DNA of 64,000 bases, taken from assembly GCA_002189035.1 (NCBI GenBank), contig NEEC01000014.1, positions 3,081,731-3,145,730 of the forward strand, in the 5' to 3' direction. The stretch comes from Utricularia gibba. Its lineage: Eukaryota; Plantae; Magnoliophyta. Under the pieces are notes generated by a model. The model was not told the DNA's origin. It did no database searches and saw nothing but the letters and a program-made list of their open reading frames with translations. The translations under genes and the position numbers were made by a program. This document shows, one piece after another, positions 62,301 through 64,000 of the stretch; positions within the stretch are counted from its first letter, which is position 1; each line of letters starts with the position of its first letter.

Positions 62301-64000
62301 TTCGCATGTCGACAGCAAACCGAGAGCTTGAAGTTGTCATGACCATGACCAGGGACCATGACGCATGAGATACGAATGCCAAGCCTTAATGAACGCTAGG
62401 ATGAAGGGTAACGCAACTCTAATACAACGTGGTAAAATGTCATTATGTTGGTTACATATCCATGAACTCATACCAAAAGGAACTACGTTTCACCTACATA
62501 GCATATATCTCGTGACATTGTTGTCGTTTGTACAGCGTTTCGAAGACCCTGCACAACTTGTTACAGCCCAAACTCCTACTTCGGTTGATCACCACACCTT
62601 CAACTATTCTCCTGGAAGAAGCGTAAACAATATAGTGGTCATCCTACTACGATTAGGGTAAGAAGAAAATAAAGAGGTACGGAGGATAAAAACCAAGGAA
62701 CAAGCACATAACCACAAAGTGAGTCCCATAGTGCATATCTTCGATGAAATCCATTGACCTAGCCATCGCCTCCGTGTCTTAGCATTTTGGTCATGTGCTT
62801 TCGAAGTTCATGAGTGGTGATCCGAAGACCAACGAAGTCACCACCACCTCCAAACGCACACCCTATCATGGACAAACATGTTTTCCTTGCCCTTTTTGCG
62901 TGGCTAAGCCCATGAGGATGCCTCCGCACGTCTTTCATTTTTAGTCATGAATCCCATGGCTAAAACCTCGTTGCTACTGGCGTGGGTCAAAACCCGTCTC
63001 AATTTCGAACACATGTTCACATAGCACGTACGGAGGGAACCATGAATGTTCCCTACGCATCTATAGGGTAAAAACTCATTTGGGAAGCAAACAACAGGGT
63101 GCCTTGCCCATAAGCGGAATGGTTGAGGCATCCAGAAATGATTTCAAGGACTCTAAACGGAGTTTGAAGTACCAAATTAAACAAGAAAAGGACGTGGTCT
63201 TCTACACTCTTGACGCAACGAAGAACAAACAAGGAGAAATGGTTAAAAAAACACGGAAGAACTCTTTCCATTCCGGATCTCATTGCTTTTGGCAAAAAAC
63301 TGAAAAAATGTCAATGAAAATCGTTTGCCCCATGCAATTGCTTTTGGATCTCATTGCACCTGAGCGAGCTTGTTGATGGTTTCATGTTGTCCTACTGCAG
63401 GAAAATGTGATGTGAAACTTTGGTCAATCTGCCTAGATTAACCCTAATAGCATGGCTCTTCATGATTCATGGTATTCCCACTATGAGGTGCATTGTGATA
63501 TGATCAAACTTTCATTCGGGAATCTCCTTGCTTGTTGCTTCCCTCTAGGACTTAGGTATTTTTCTTCTTTAATGCTTTGGGATGTTGCACCAGCTTGCTC
63601 TCAAGTCATCATTCATTTTGTTGACAAACGGTTGTACATTGGTTCATATAAAGATCTTTGCTTCACTCCAATTGAGTTAGGATCAACTAACCTATCTTTT
63701 CACATCTCAAATGACCAACGCTCAGGACACCAAGTTTCTGCATTCTTCGTGTCCTTGTACTTGTCGTTTTAGCCAATGTGTCGTAAGGTTCTAACTTCGA
63801 GGTTCTTTAATTTGCTGTCATCGTGCACGCAAGCAGCCTTGCCTGATCGTTTCAATCCATTTCCTTAGACTCATGTTCTCTTCTTTTGAGTAAACAAGTA
63901 TTTCCAACTCTTAAAACACATGACTTCACCCCATGTAGATAGTGCTTCCATAACTTCAATGTGAAAGCAACAATTCCTATTTCTATGTCATGAGATTGGA
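59323..64000 (-). mobile_element. Family X, mirror copy with many extra small deletions
   Basis: Reverse complement of 15347-20056; the same ORFs are frameshifted relative to the left arm. Confidence 0.8.

Larger units (their letters stand above)
44454..64000. repeat. Right arm of giant inverted duplication
   Basis: Reverse complement of 15347-34926, including all nested junctions; continues to the window edge. Confidence 0.98.

Noticed and set aside
15347-64000. The whole inverted structure as one giant TIR (foldback) DNA transposon
   Set aside because: The arms are nested retrotransposon debris, no transposase is present, the inner boundary is an LTR terminus, and no outer terminus or TSD is visible.

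Overview
Plant nuclear DNA, AT-rich, probably pericentromeric or centromeric heterochromatin. I found no host gene, RNA gene or CRISPR array; nearly everything assignable is decayed LTR-retrotransposon sequence (Ty1/copia Ivana- and Angela-like; Ty3/gypsy Athila, CRM and Tekay). The dominant structure is a giant inverted duplication: 15347-34926 is mirrored at 44454-64000 (arms about 19.6 kb, running off the window edge) around a unique 9.5-kb spacer. The inner breakpoint falls on the first base of a copia LTR, and that element has mismatched flanks. Target-site duplications (TSDs) support a five-level nest: CRM LTR > copia C > Athila > copia A > CRM solo LTR. A Tekay-pol-derived repeat occurs at several loci, and its three independent RT-bearing copies share the same loss of both catalytic aspartates (FIDD to FIYA/FVYA). 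The distal right arm shows a growing excess of small deletions, so the duplication may be an assembly mis-join rather than a real palindrome; only reads can decide. I see no convincing new protein-coding system. Lineage names come from motif recall, not database searches, and divergence figures are hand counts.
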